From: an uncultured virus (IMG/VR IMGVR_UViG_3300032320_002770)
Taxonomy: Duplodnaviria; Heunggongvirae; Uroviricota; Caudoviricetes
Strand: one strand, 5' to 3'
Length of the DNA: 64,000 bases
IMG/VR virus record: IMGVR_UViG_3300032320_002770
Positions 19,658 to 29,549 of this stretch are shown piece by piece. Numbering within the stretch: position 1 is the first letter of the stretch; every line of letters begins with the position of its first letter. The position numbers were made by a program, and so were the translations under genes. A model generated the notes under the pieces. It saw nothing but the letters and a program-made list of their open reading frames with translations. It did not search any database and was not told the origin of the DNA.

Positions 19658-20620
19658 TTATATTCTATTTAATGTAAGTTTCCATTTTTCATATATATAG
19701 TTTTTATTTATAGTTTTAATATTTAAATTTTTATTAAGTATTGAATGCATTTCTTGCATGGAATCAAAATATTCCGCTTGAATTGTACCATTATAAAAAT
19801 CACTATATTTTAACCATTCTTCATTTAAAAATAAATTTTTTTGTCTTTGAATTAAACTATTTGGGAAAACTATTTCAGAAAATATAGGAAAATTATTTTT
19901 AATTAATTCTAGTGCAAAATTTAAAGATGGAAATATTAATGGAACACCAGCTCTAGATTGTTCAAAAATTGACATGGTAGAAGTATTATATGGAAAATGC
20001 AGGATAGATTTATATTTATATAAATCATTCCAAGTATATTTACCTAAAGAATGTTGATGTATTAAATCTTCTATATTTAAATTTATTAAAAATTTACTAA
20101 ATAGTATGGTATTTTTATATTTTTTGTTATATTTAACATTTGTATATTCACACAAACTTGGTATCCATTCCCATTTATTATTTAAAAATTTTTCACAATA
20201 TTTTTGATCAAATTGATTGTTTGCGACTAGTATTAAATTGCTATTATTCTTTAATGAATCTTCAAGCCAAATTAACTTTTCGTAGGAAAAACATGGGTAT
20301 TCATATCTAGTGCTAGCAACAACAATGATTGGCTTTCTAAATCTTTCGAACAATTTTAAAAAAAAAATATGATGCGTGCATATGAAAGCGTCGTATTTAT
20401 CCAATTCTTCTTTATGAAATTCATAAAAATTATCAACCATTTTTTCATCTAAATTTTTCCAATTATTATAGTTTATAATTGGAGATTTACATTCTGGTAA
20501 ATTAAAAACCCATCTATGTCCTGATAAAGACCAAGTATCAACTTGATGTCCTAAGTTTTCGAATATATTTTTTATATCCGCTATGACAGATGTATGACAA
20601 TCTAAATTAAAAAACTTCAT
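19658..20620 (-). CDS. Putative glycosyltransferase (GT-B-like)
   Basis: HFPYNTSTMSIFEQSRAGVPLIFPS; glycan-gene context. Confidence 0.45.
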   Translation of the reverse strand: MKFFNLDCHTSVIADIKNIFENLGHQVDTWSLSGHRWVFNLPECKSPIINYNNWKNLDEKMVDNFYEFHKEELDKYDAFICTHHIFFLKLFERFRKPIIVVASTRYEYPCFSYEKLIWLEDSLKNNSNLILVANNQFDQKYCEKFLNNKWEWIPSLCEYTNVKYNKKYKNTILFSKFLINLNIEDLIHQHSLGKYTWNDLYKYKSILHFPYNTSTMSIFEQSRAGVPLIFPSLNFALELIKNNFPIFSEIVFPNSLIQRQKNLFLNEEWLKYSDFYNGTIQAEYFDSMQEMHSILNKNLNIKTINKNYIYEKWKLTLNRI

Positions 20621-21752
20621 TTCTTATATCAAATTCCACCATTTTTTTGATTAAATTATTGAATGAAGTATTTGGCTTCCATCCTAGATCGTTTCTTGCT
20701 TTATCAGATTTACCGCATAAAAGACTTACTTCTGCGGGTCTATAAAATTTAGAGTTTATTTGCATAAGTACTTTTTTGTCTTCTGATATATACATTGTAT
20801 GTTCTCCTTCGCCAATCCAATTTCCTTTTATCCCAGCTATAGCAAAAGCTTTTTCTACAAATTCTTTAATTGTATGAGTTTCATTAGAAGAGAATACGTA
20901 ATCTGCAGGAGATCCATTATAGTTTTTATTGTATTTATCTTGATTTAACATCATCCAAATGCCTTCTACGAAATCTTCGGCATCACTCCAGTCTCTCTGT
21001 GCTTCTATATTTCCTAATTCTAAAGGTTCAAATTCTTGATTGTTTTTAGTTGCATGATAAATTCTAGCTACATTTTTTGTAATCTTTCTTGTAACAAACT
21101 CTTCGCCTCTTCTAGTTCCTTCGTGATTAAATAGCCATCCTTGAATTGCATAAAGATTATATGATTCTCTATAGACTTTTATGAGTTGTCTAGAAGCGCA
21201 TTTCGAAGCGCCGTATGGACTTCTTGGCCTAAGTGGATGATTTTCGTCTTGAGGACTATAAACAACATTCCCAAACTCTTCGCTAGAACCAGCTTGATAT
21301 AATCTACAAGATGGATTGTAAAGTCTAATTGCTTCTAATATATCTAATATTGCAGTAGAATTTGTCTCCCAAGTTTGACGAGCAAAATCCCAGCTGCTGG
21401 CTACGAAACTTTGAGCCGCAAAATTCATAAAATAATCTGGCTTTAGTTTTTCTATTGTTCTACTAATAGAATGTGCGTCAGTTAAATCAAAATTAATTAA
21501 GTGAAATCTATCGCTTTTAATTTGTCTAATATTTTCATGATTATAAACACTGAGTCTTCTTACTCCACCAAAAATTAAAAGATTAGTATTTTTAAGTAAA
21601 TACTCCACCATGAAGCTACCATCTTGGCCAGTAACCCCAGTAATTATACAAGTTTTCCTTCCATTGATTATTTTTGAAGCGTCTTCTATATTTAGAATAT
21701 TAGCTGTATCAATTTTTTTGCCGTGGTATGTGTCTTTAATATTTTGATTCAT
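20607..21752 (-). CDS. gmd: GDP-mannose 4,6-dehydratase
   Basis: ITGVTGQDGS, AAQSFV, PRSPYGASK, FNHE, FVTRKIT, YRPAEV. Confidence 0.93.
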   Translation of the reverse strand: MNQNIKDTYHGKKIDTANILNIEDASKIINGRKTCIITGVTGQDGSFMVEYLLKNTNLLIFGGVRRLSVYNHENIRQIKSDRFHLINFDLTDAHSISRTIEKLKPDYFMNFAAQSFVASSWDFARQTWETNSTAILDILEAIRLYNPSCRLYQAGSSEEFGNVVYSPQDENHPLRPRSPYGASKCASRQLIKVYRESYNLYAIQGWLFNHEGTRRGEEFVTRKITKNVARIYHATKNNQEFEPLELGNIEAQRDWSDAEDFVEGIWMMLNQDKYNKNYNGSPADYVFSSNETHTIKEFVEKAFAIAGIKGNWIGEGEHTMYISEDKKVLMQINSKFYRPAEVSLLCGKSDKARNDLGWKPNTSFNNLIKKMVEFDIRNEVF

Positions 21753-22488
21753 GTGTATATCCTTTTAATAATTTATTATAAATATTTCTAGCCTGTTCTG
21801 GATTTTTGCATCCATGTGCAATTAAATATTTTTGATTTGTCGGACAGTCTTCGAAATGATGAAAATGTCCATCATAAGGTTCTAAATATTTAGAGTTTTG
21901 CTGAGATTTCCATAATAAAACATTTATTGCTGTTTCGTCTTGAGCGTATAAAAATATATTATATTTTTTACAAAAATTAATTAAATCTAAAACGCTTTCT
22001 AAAAAAGCTATAGAATTCTTATTATAAAGAAAAGTGTCAGCGTGAACATATGGTTGTGTTTTAGATTGTATATTCAATATCTCCATAAGTTGATTTTCAC
22101 CATGCATGGGTTCTAATTTATTAAACTTTAAATAATTATGATCATTTTCATGCAGTGGGCATAAAATATATCTATCAATTTGATTTTTAAAATCAAAGAT
22201 TTTTTCTATATCTTTCGTTATTATCATATCTGCATCTAAATGCATAGACAAATCAAAAGAAGATTTTGTTGCGGCAACAATTTTATTGTAACAAATATCT
22301 AAAAAAGACTCACCATTAAAATCTAATCTTTGTGTTCTAACCCTTTTATTTGGATGTTTATATTCAAAATTTATACCAAATACTTCTATATCGTAAGATG
22401 TAAAATTAAGTACGCTATCTATCAAAACCTCTAGCAAACCTAGAAATTGTGGTGAAGAGTTTACAAAAGTGGTAAATCCTTTATTCAT
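21736..22488 (-). CDS. Putative GT-A glycosyltransferase (GT8-like)
   Basis: HLDADM DxD motif, QDETAINVLLW, HGCK. Confidence 0.55.
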   Translation of the reverse strand: MNKGFTTFVNSSPQFLGLLEVLIDSVLNFTSYDIEVFGINFEYKHPNKRVRTQRLDFNGESFLDICYNKIVAATKSSFDLSMHLDADMIITKDIEKIFDFKNQIDRYILCPLHENDHNYLKFNKLEPMHGENQLMEILNIQSKTQPYVHADTFLYNKNSIAFLESVLDLINFCKKYNIFLYAQDETAINVLLWKSQQNSKYLEPYDGHFHHFEDCPTNQKYLIAHGCKNPEQARNIYNKLLKGYTHESKY

Positions 22489-23453
22489 TGATTTGTTTGA
22501 AGTTTTATCCAATTAAAAGTTTTTTCTATTCCATCTTTTAGTTGTTGAGAAGGCGCCCAAAAGAGCTTTTCTCTTATTAGTTTGTTATCTGATTTTCTGC
22601 CCCTAACTCCTAGTGGACCTGGGATATTCTTTATTTTTAAATTTTTACCACTTAGTCCAATAATCATTTTTGCGAAATCATTAATTGATATCATCTCTTC
22701 TGATCCAATATTAACTGGGCCTTCAAAATCTGATCTCATTAATTTAATTGTACCTTCTACGCATTCATCTATATATAAAAATGATCTAGTTTGTAGGCCA
22801 TCGCCCCAAATTTCAATTTCTCCGTCATCTTGAGCTTCTATTACTTTTCTGCAAAGTGCGGCTGGAGATTTCTCTTTTCCACCTTTATATGTGCCTTCTG
22901 GACCAAAAATATTATGATATCTTGCGATATGGACATTTAATTTATGGTTTCTTTTATAAGCTAAATAAAGTCTTTCGCTAAAGAGCTTTTCCCATCCGTA
23001 TTCGCTATCTGGTGCGGCTGGATAGGCTGATTCTTCTGAGCATTTTGGATTATTTGGATCTAATTGATTATATTCTGGGTAAATGCAAGCAGAAGAGCTA
23101 TAGAATAAATTTTTTGTTCTTTTTAAAACGGCAATATTAGCTATATTTAGATTAATTAGCGCAGAATTATGCATTACATTTGCATCATTTTCTCCAGTAA
23201 AAATATATCCTGCGCCACCCATATCTGCAGCTAATTGATATAATTCGTCTACATCATCTGGTATTGCTCTATGAGTAAAAATTGGACAAGTTAAATCTCC
23301 AATAAGAAAATCATCTGCTTCTGTTGATGAATATTGAGGGTATTTCAGATCTATCCCTCTAACCCAAAATCCTTCATTTTTTAATTTTTTAACTAGATGA
23401 GAGCCAATAAAGCCCCCAGCACCACAGACAACAGCTAATTTCTTAATGTTCAT
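22485..23453 (-). CDS. GDP-mannose 3,5-epimerase-like NAD-dependent epimerase
   Basis: GAGGFIG, LAADMGGAG, SSACIYP, YGWEK, GGKEKSPAALCRK, GVRGR.SDN. Confidence 0.88.
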   Translation of the reverse strand: MNIKKLAVVCGAGGFIGSHLVKKLKNEGFWVRGIDLKYPQYSSTEADDFLIGDLTCPIFTHRAIPDDVDELYQLAADMGGAGYIFTGENDANVMHNSALINLNIANIAVLKRTKNLFYSSSACIYPEYNQLDPNNPKCSEESAYPAAPDSEYGWEKLFSERLYLAYKRNHKLNVHIARYHNIFGPEGTYKGGKEKSPAALCRKVIEAQDDGEIEIWGDGLQTRSFLYIDECVEGTIKLMRSDFEGPVNIGSEEMISINDFAKMIIGLSGKNLKIKNIPGPLGVRGRKSDNKLIREKLFWAPSQQLKDGIEKTFNWIKLQTNQ

Positions 23454-23499
23454 AGTAAATTATATGAAAATTAAGTAAATTTAATAATATTTTTTTATT

Positions 23500-25734
23500 T
23501 TAGCTCCAAATCATTGATTGTGTATTTTTTATTACTGAAATTGGTTTAATATATGAAGATATGACTTTTGGTTGTTTTTCATTGATCCATCTATGCAAAA
23601 ATCCATCTGCATTACAATATAATGTAAAATTTTTTAAAACTTTTTCTAATCCATTTTTAGTTAATAAATAACCTTCTGCTCCATTAAACATTTGATCCCA
23701 TAAATGCCCAACCCTGCCATTGTCTACTTCATAATAATATTCATTTATTTTATTTTTTATATTATGCTGTTGTCTATCATTAAAGTAACATATATCAAAA
23801 CTATTTAAATCTGGAATATTCTCTAATAATAATTCAAACTGTTGTTTAGAAGTATTAATTTTTGCATCGTCTTCTAATATAAGCCATGCTTCATTTTCAT
23901 CTTTTTGTAAATTTCTCCATAAAAAGAAATGAGATAACATGCACGCTATTTCTCCATCAGATAATTTTCTATCAAATTTTTCTTCATTTCTTTTTTTATG
24001 AAAAGGTGTAAAATATTTTTGATTATGAAATTGTACGCCTATCATCTCTTTTCCAGTATGGTCTATATTTTTTGATATTGTATTTTTATTGACTCCATTA
24101 AATAAGACAAGATCTTTTATATTAGATTTTAATTCATCTATAAATACATTTCTTTCTTTAAAGTTTTCTGGATGTATGCAGTAAAAACCAATTTTTTTAT
24201 TTTGATTAATTTCTTCATGTGTTTCTTCTTTTTCTATAACTGCCCCATGGCTTTCATTTGTATTACCTCCTCTAAGTGGAGCTCTTAATATATTTGATAT
24301 TTTATTTTTATATTTATAAATTAATGGATGAAAAATTTCTCCATGTATTTCTTCCCAAGTCAATGGATAAAAATAATCTTTTCTAAAAACTATTTTATCT
24401 GTGCCATGCACTAGCGCTTGAGTTCCATGCTCTCCTCCCCAATGAATAACATCGCATCTTTCATCTCTGGTGTATTGTGCTGGATATTGTTTTAATTTAT
24501 CTAAACTAGCATCCATTATTAATTGAACATTATTATACCATTCTAAAGTTAGAGGAGTTTGTTTTTTAAAAATAAACGCTTCAACTCCAATTAAATCTTT
24601 TAAGTTATTATTTAAAAATCTATTTAAATTTTCATTAGGAATGCCCGCGCATGCCAACCATGGACGATATCCTACTGCATATAAATTATCGTCAGAATTT
24701 AGCAATTCAAAAGCTTGTTTCCAGCTATTTCTAGTTTCTTTTAAATCAGAATATCCTCCTCCATAAAAATGCATAAAATATGATCTAAGATAATCTGATT
24801 TATGTACAGAAGATAAATATCTAAATCCTTCGTGCAGAGGATGATCTTTTAATATATATTTATGTAAATTATGTAAAGTCACTAGTTCTACTTCTGCTTC
24901 TGAATATTTTATTATTGATTCTAAGCATTCTTTTCTTCTTGGATTCAATTCTTTTTTCTTTATCCAAAAACAGTAAATTTTATTCTTTCCTTTTTGTTCT
25001 ATTTTATTAATAAATTTACTTTGTAGAAAATTGTTCATATCTTTTTCCCATCCATCTGCTTCCAATGCGTTTATTTTAAAACTATTTTTGTTATATAAAT
25101 ATAATAAATTAGTTAAAATTGCTTGATCGTGTCTATTGTCTTTGAATTCTGGAAAATTTGGTAATCCGCATTGGTTAGGAGAATCTGTTATTATTTCTTT
25201 TTCATGAAAACACCATTTTATCCAATCAGTTATAAACTTTTTAGATAATTCAGATTTTTCCCAAAAACTCCAAGTAGCACTAAGCTGTTTTAAGTTCCAG
25301 CATTGTTCTTCGTCGCATCCCATGTAATGGAATACATCTCTTTTACAAAATTCTTTATGAGAGAATGGCCCTCTTGCTATTCCTATTCCTCTATTTTCTT
25401 TTTTTATTTTTTGCGCTAAAGGAATAATGCTTGATTTAATTTCAAATGGATAACAGCTTCTTCCTACATCATGGTATAAAATCATATCTCCATCATTAAT
25501 CTTTTTCAGACTATCATATATAATTAAAGATTTCCATGCCCAATATCCATATCCTCTTCTATGTTTTTGAAAAAAGTCTTTATATAATATTTCAAAATCT
25601 TTTGGCAAACAATCTTCTGTGTAAAGAAAAACATCTTTGATTCCAATTCCCTTATACTTATTAAGATGTTGATAAAGATTTTTTTCGTAATCTTTATCTT
25701 TAGATGTATAAAAAAGAGTTAAATAAACATTCAT
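23500..25734 (-). CDS. Three-domain glycosyltransferase fusion (N-terminal GT-A-like, GT32-like, GT25)
   Basis: GYWAWKS...RHDQAIL; HKSDYLR..YGGGYSD; GEIACMLSH...ILEDDA. Confidence 0.75.
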   Translation of the reverse strand: MNVYLTLFYTSKDKDYEKNLYQHLNKYKGIGIKDVFLYTEDCLPKDFEILYKDFFQKHRRGYGYWAWKSLIIYDSLKKINDGDMILYHDVGRSCYPFEIKSSIIPLAQKIKKENRGIGIARGPFSHKEFCKRDVFHYMGCDEEQCWNLKQLSATWSFWEKSELSKKFITDWIKWCFHEKEIITDSPNQCGLPNFPEFKDNRHDQAILTNLLYLYNKNSFKINALEADGWEKDMNNFLQSKFINKIEQKGKNKIYCFWIKKKELNPRRKECLESIIKYSEAEVELVTLHNLHKYILKDHPLHEGFRYLSSVHKSDYLRSYFMHFYGGGYSDLKETRNSWKQAFELLNSDDNLYAVGYRPWLACAGIPNENLNRFLNNNLKDLIGVEAFIFKKQTPLTLEWYNNVQLIMDASLDKLKQYPAQYTRDERCDVIHWGGEHGTQALVHGTDKIVFRKDYFYPLTWEEIHGEIFHPLIYKYKNKISNILRAPLRGGNTNESHGAVIEKEETHEEINQNKKIGFYCIHPENFKERNVFIDELKSNIKDLVLFNGVNKNTISKNIDHTGKEMIGVQFHNQKYFTPFHKKRNEEKFDRKLSDGEIACMLSHFFLWRNLQKDENEAWLILEDDAKINTSKQQFELLLENIPDLNSFDICYFNDRQQHNIKNKINEYYYEVDNGRVGHLWDQMFNGAEGYLLTKNGLEKVLKNFTLYCNADGFLHRWINEKQPKVISSYIKPISVIKNTQSMIWS

Positions 25735-26387
25735 TTATTTAAATATTGAATTAACGCTTGTTTACCCGCTGGGTCTTGATTATCATTTTCATCAAAAATT
25801 GCGCCAATGAATTCATTATTTAATCTCATTGTAGGGAATGGTTTTTTATCAAAAAATTCATCATGAATTAAACTGTCTTGTTTTATTTTTGGATATAGAT
25901 TGCTATTAAAAAAGTTATAATCTGTGCCGTATGAGTTTTGAAAATTAAACTCTGCTATTGAATTATTTAAAATTTCAAACCCATTGTTTTTTACTCCAAA
26001 CATGCCTCCTAAAATAGAAAACCCATGATAAGGGTGATCCCTCATAATATGGAACTTTTTATCGCTGCCTAACCATTGGTCTACGGCTAATTTTTCTCTA
26101 TTATTAATTCTTGAATCACAATCTCTTGATATAAAAAACTCTACATCTTTATCTTTTGCTGGAAGATATCTCCACATCATAGCTTTCCAATCGGGATCCT
26201 CTTCCATAATAAATACTTGAGAGTTTAAATTTTTAATTTGGTCTATATATTTTTGATCTACACCTTTATGTATATAAAATCTTGAAATCCAACTTGGATA
26301 TATTATACTTGTAAGTTCTGCATTTCTAATTGCACCAATACAATATTTTGGATTATTACCCCAAAGAGAAAAAGATATAATCTTCAT
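25731..26387 (-). CDS. Putative glycosyltransferase-like protein
   Basis: IISFSLWG, MMWRY, SRDCDSR, HIMRDHPYH..ILGGMFG; glycan-gene context. Confidence 0.55.
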   Translation of the reverse strand: MKIISFSLWGNNPKYCIGAIRNAELTSIIYPSWISRFYIHKGVDQKYIDQIKNLNSQVFIMEEDPDWKAMMWRYLPAKDKDVEFFISRDCDSRINNREKLAVDQWLGSDKKFHIMRDHPYHGFSILGGMFGVKNNGFEILNNSIAEFNFQNSYGTDYNFFNSNLYPKIKQDSLIHDEFFDKKPFPTMRLNNEFIGAIFDENDNQDPAGKQALIQYLNK

Positions 26388-27124
26388 TAGTTTACATTAC
26401 CTTTGTATATCAGATATTTTCTTCTCATTTCATGCACTTCATTAATTGATTGTTTTAATTTTTCTAAATTAGTAGATACTCCTTCTGGATTCATATAGTA
26501 TAAACCAATTGGATGATTTACCATTTTAATTTTTGCTCCACCTATAGATGCTCTAAGCCACATATCTCCATCTGATGCAACAGAATATTGTTCATTAAAA
26601 TAACCAAATTTATCATGTAGCGATTTTTTCCAAAGAGGCATACAATGTGGTGAGTTGTTTTTAATTAAATTATCAAAAGAATGAGGTAAACAAGGATAAA
26701 TTTGACTAAAATCGTTATCTATATATTTTTCATTTAATATATTAGAAACATAAGTTTGACCGTAAACCATGTCTAAATCTGGATTTCTTTCAAATTCTTT
26801 GTATAAAATTTCAAAACTATTATTAGATTTTCTATCGTCTACATTCCAATTACCTATAATTTCTGCTGAACATAAGTTTTTAATGGCGTAATTCCAAGCC
26901 GCGTATAATCCTGGATCTTTATCTAGTTTATGATATTTAATATTACTAAATTTTTTAGTTAATGGTAGTATATGTTCTTCTTCATTTTCTGGAGAATTGC
27001 AGTTTAAGAATATAAATTCAATATCTTTGAATATTGATTGATTTAATACATCTTCTATATATCCTTTTATATATTTTTCAGCTTTAAAAAAAGAGCAAAA
27101 TGAAGATATTTTATATTTTTGCAT
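26387..27124 (-). CDS. GT2 glycosyltransferase
   Basis: GLYAAWN, NVDDR, GDMWLR. Confidence 0.85.
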   Translation of the reverse strand: MQKYKISSFCSFFKAEKYIKGYIEDVLNQSIFKDIEFIFLNCNSPENEEEHILPLTKKFSNIKYHKLDKDPGLYAAWNYAIKNLCSAEIIGNWNVDDRKSNNSFEILYKEFERNPDLDMVYGQTYVSNILNEKYIDNDFSQIYPCLPHSFDNLIKNNSPHCMPLWKKSLHDKFGYFNEQYSVASDGDMWLRASIGGAKIKMVNHPIGLYYMNPEGVSTNLEKLKQSINEVHEMRRKYLIYKGNVN

Positions 27125-27167
27125 TTTTATATTATATAAAAAAGCTGCTTATTGTTATAATATATTT

Positions 27168-28592
27168 ATGGGTAACGTACTACCTCAAGATCATATTTTT
27201 CCTCAAGCACCAAGTCTATTTAATTGGGATTATGCAACATATCTTGGAGATGGAATCCCTTTATTATTTTGGGTATTTATAAATCCATATACACCTTGCT
27301 CGGCTTCTAATGATTATAAATGGCAAATTTATACTTCTCAAAATAAAACTGTTCCGTTTCAAAATGGTAAGAACGACAATGGAGCAAATAGTTTTTTAAA
27401 ATTTCCTTCTACCAATTCTTACCAAAGTAATATATTATATTCTACTTCTCATGGAAGCACTCTAGGCCCATATAGAGGAAATTGTGCAGTTATTGTAGTA
27501 GATTCTCCTTGGGCTAGGTCTTGTGATGCGAGACTACAAACTACTGATGCAGATAAAAATAAAAATTATGCTGTTGGTGTTAGTACAGATATGTTATATC
27601 GAATTACTAATACTTATAATACCTGGGATAAATGGTTTAATACTCAAAATTATCCAGGATTAGGAGGATTAAGTACTTGTACTCCTGGAGGAACTAATAC
27701 CCCAAGATCATTATTACCAAGTTATTTAAAAGATGCTATTATTGAAGCCACCAATAATTCCTCAAATGGTGGAGTTTCTCTCGTCGATGTTTTAGGATGG
27801 AAACCTGCGCCATTTGGTTATGCTCCAAATACAGATCAAGCTGGGATGATTTTACCAGAAGTTGGAGGAGTAGATGTCCATCTTCTTGCAACTCAATGTC
27901 ATATCGATAACAATTATGATAATGTTAATCCTTTTGCTAAAACATTTATTGGCGCATTTGTTGCTATATATAAAGATTACGATGTTCAAGATGTTATTAT
28001 AAATAATAGCTTATTAATTAATGTCCCTTGGACTGGAATGTTGACTGGAGCAGGAAGAGATATTGATTATCCAGATTATGGACCTATTCCTGAAAATAAT
28101 ATTTATAAAATGAACGTGCCCAAAGCCGCTGGTCAATGTAGTTTAAGTTGTCCTCAAAATTTAACTTTTGATCCAATATATGATTTATATTACGTTAATT
28201 CATCTAATACAAACACATGTTATGATGGTGCGCCAACTAATTATTTTCCTGGTGGTTCGCCTAGTTGGTCGTTTGATTATACTGCCCCATTCACTTGGCC
28301 AAGATTCGCTCAAAAAAGTGCAAGCGATATAAATATGAATCCTGTATTTGGAACGCTTGAAGAGCCTAACATATTTAATGATGGAATTGGTGAAGCATTT
28401 CCATGTGGTTATAACTCGTATAATATTCAAGAAGCAGGAGCTCCAGTAAATTATAATTTAAGTGTTCTTCCTCCGTTTAATAATCCTCTAGATTTAATTG
28501 GTCCATGGTGGCAAAAATTTACTATGAGCGATTTTACTCGGCAATTAGTCGCTGGCGGTGGATGTTCTAATTCTATAATGAATTTATTTTAA
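27168..28592 (+). CDS. Hypothetical 474-aa Pro/Gly/Asn/Cys-rich protein, possibly virion-associated
   Basis: Long ORF with a composition unlike the flanking enzymes; no family recognised. Confidence 0.65.
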   Translation: MGNVLPQDHIFPQAPSLFNWDYATYLGDGIPLLFWVFINPYTPCSASNDYKWQIYTSQNKTVPFQNGKNDNGANSFLKFPSTNSYQSNILYSTSHGSTLGPYRGNCAVIVVDSPWARSCDARLQTTDADKNKNYAVGVSTDMLYRITNTYNTWDKWFNTQNYPGLGGLSTCTPGGTNTPRSLLPSYLKDAIIEATNNSSNGGVSLVDVLGWKPAPFGYAPNTDQAGMILPEVGGVDVHLLATQCHIDNNYDNVNPFAKTFIGAFVAIYKDYDVQDVIINNSLLINVPWTGMLTGAGRDIDYPDYGPIPENNIYKMNVPKAAGQCSLSCPQNLTFDPIYDLYYVNSSNTNTCYDGAPTNYFPGGSPSWSFDYTAPFTWPRFAQKSASDINMNPVFGTLEEPNIFNDGIGEAFPCGYNSYNIQEAGAPVNYNLSVLPPFNNPLDLIGPWWQKFTMSDFTRQLVAGGGCSNSIMNLF

Positions 28593-28595
28593 AAT

Positions 28596-29549
28596 ATGAA
28601 AAATGAAAATATAGTACTCTTAGCTCATTGGAATGGTAGATTTGGAAATAGATTACATCAATATATATATGGATGTTATTATCAAAAAATAAATGGCCAC
28701 AAATTTTATTTGCCTAGCGCTTGGGAGGGAAATGTTTTATTTAAAAATCAATATCATAAATTAGTAGACGATGATCTTTTGAGGCTTCAATTAAATCAAT
28801 CACAAAAAGTTCTTGATAATATTTATTTCAGAACATATGCTCTTAAAAATTTCTCTAAAGATATGGTTAGAATTATGGTAGAAGAAAAAGATAAAAATCC
28901 ATATGAAAAAAAATCAAATCATATATTTTTCGATAATGTTTGTGCTTATAATCAAAAAATATTTGATCCTATGGAATTATCAGAAATCAAAAAAATATTT
29001 GAATTTTCTGATGAAATAAAAAATTTAGATGTTTATAAAATAAACGAAGACCGCCAAGGAACTTATGATATAGCTCATTTAAGAAGAGATGATATATCAA
29101 ATCCTCAATATAATTTAAATAATCACCAAGGTTATTCTGTAGTTTCTAAAGATTCATATTCAAAAGCATTCAAAAAATTTGAATTTAATGAAGATGAAAT
29201 TGAATGGGTTTCAGATGATTATACTGGTAAATGGCATAAAGATAGAATAAAAACATTTGTTGGTAAATGGAAATATCCAGTTGGATCAGAATTTATACCT
29301 AAAATGGGTTTTGATTGGTTAAATGATTTTTTAAAAATATATTTTGCTAGAAATATTTTTAGAGCAAATTCTTCTTTTAGTTGGTGGGCTGCGTGCTTAT
29401 CTCCAATTGCAAAAGTTTATAGTCCAATTATTAATAAACAAATTATTTATGGAAGAGATGCTTTAAAAGAAATAGATGTAGATTTTGTAGAAGGAAACGC
29501 TCCTCATTGGATGTATGACTGCGATAATATTTTAATAAAAAATAATTAA
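28596..29549 (+). CDS. GT11-like glycosyltransferase
   Basis: GRFGNRLHQY, HLRRDD, ANSSFSWWA. Confidence 0.75.
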   Translation: MKNENIVLLAHWNGRFGNRLHQYIYGCYYQKINGHKFYLPSAWEGNVLFKNQYHKLVDDDLLRLQLNQSQKVLDNIYFRTYALKNFSKDMVRIMVEEKDKNPYEKKSNHIFFDNVCAYNQKIFDPMELSEIKKIFEFSDEIKNLDVYKINEDRQGTYDIAHLRRDDISNPQYNLNNHQGYSVVSKDSYSKAFKKFEFNEDEIEWVSDDYTGKWHKDRIKTFVGKWKYPVGSEFIPKMGFDWLNDFLKIYFARNIFRANSSFSWWAACLSPIAKVYSPIINKQIIYGRDALKEIDVDFVEGNAPHWMYDCDNILIKNN

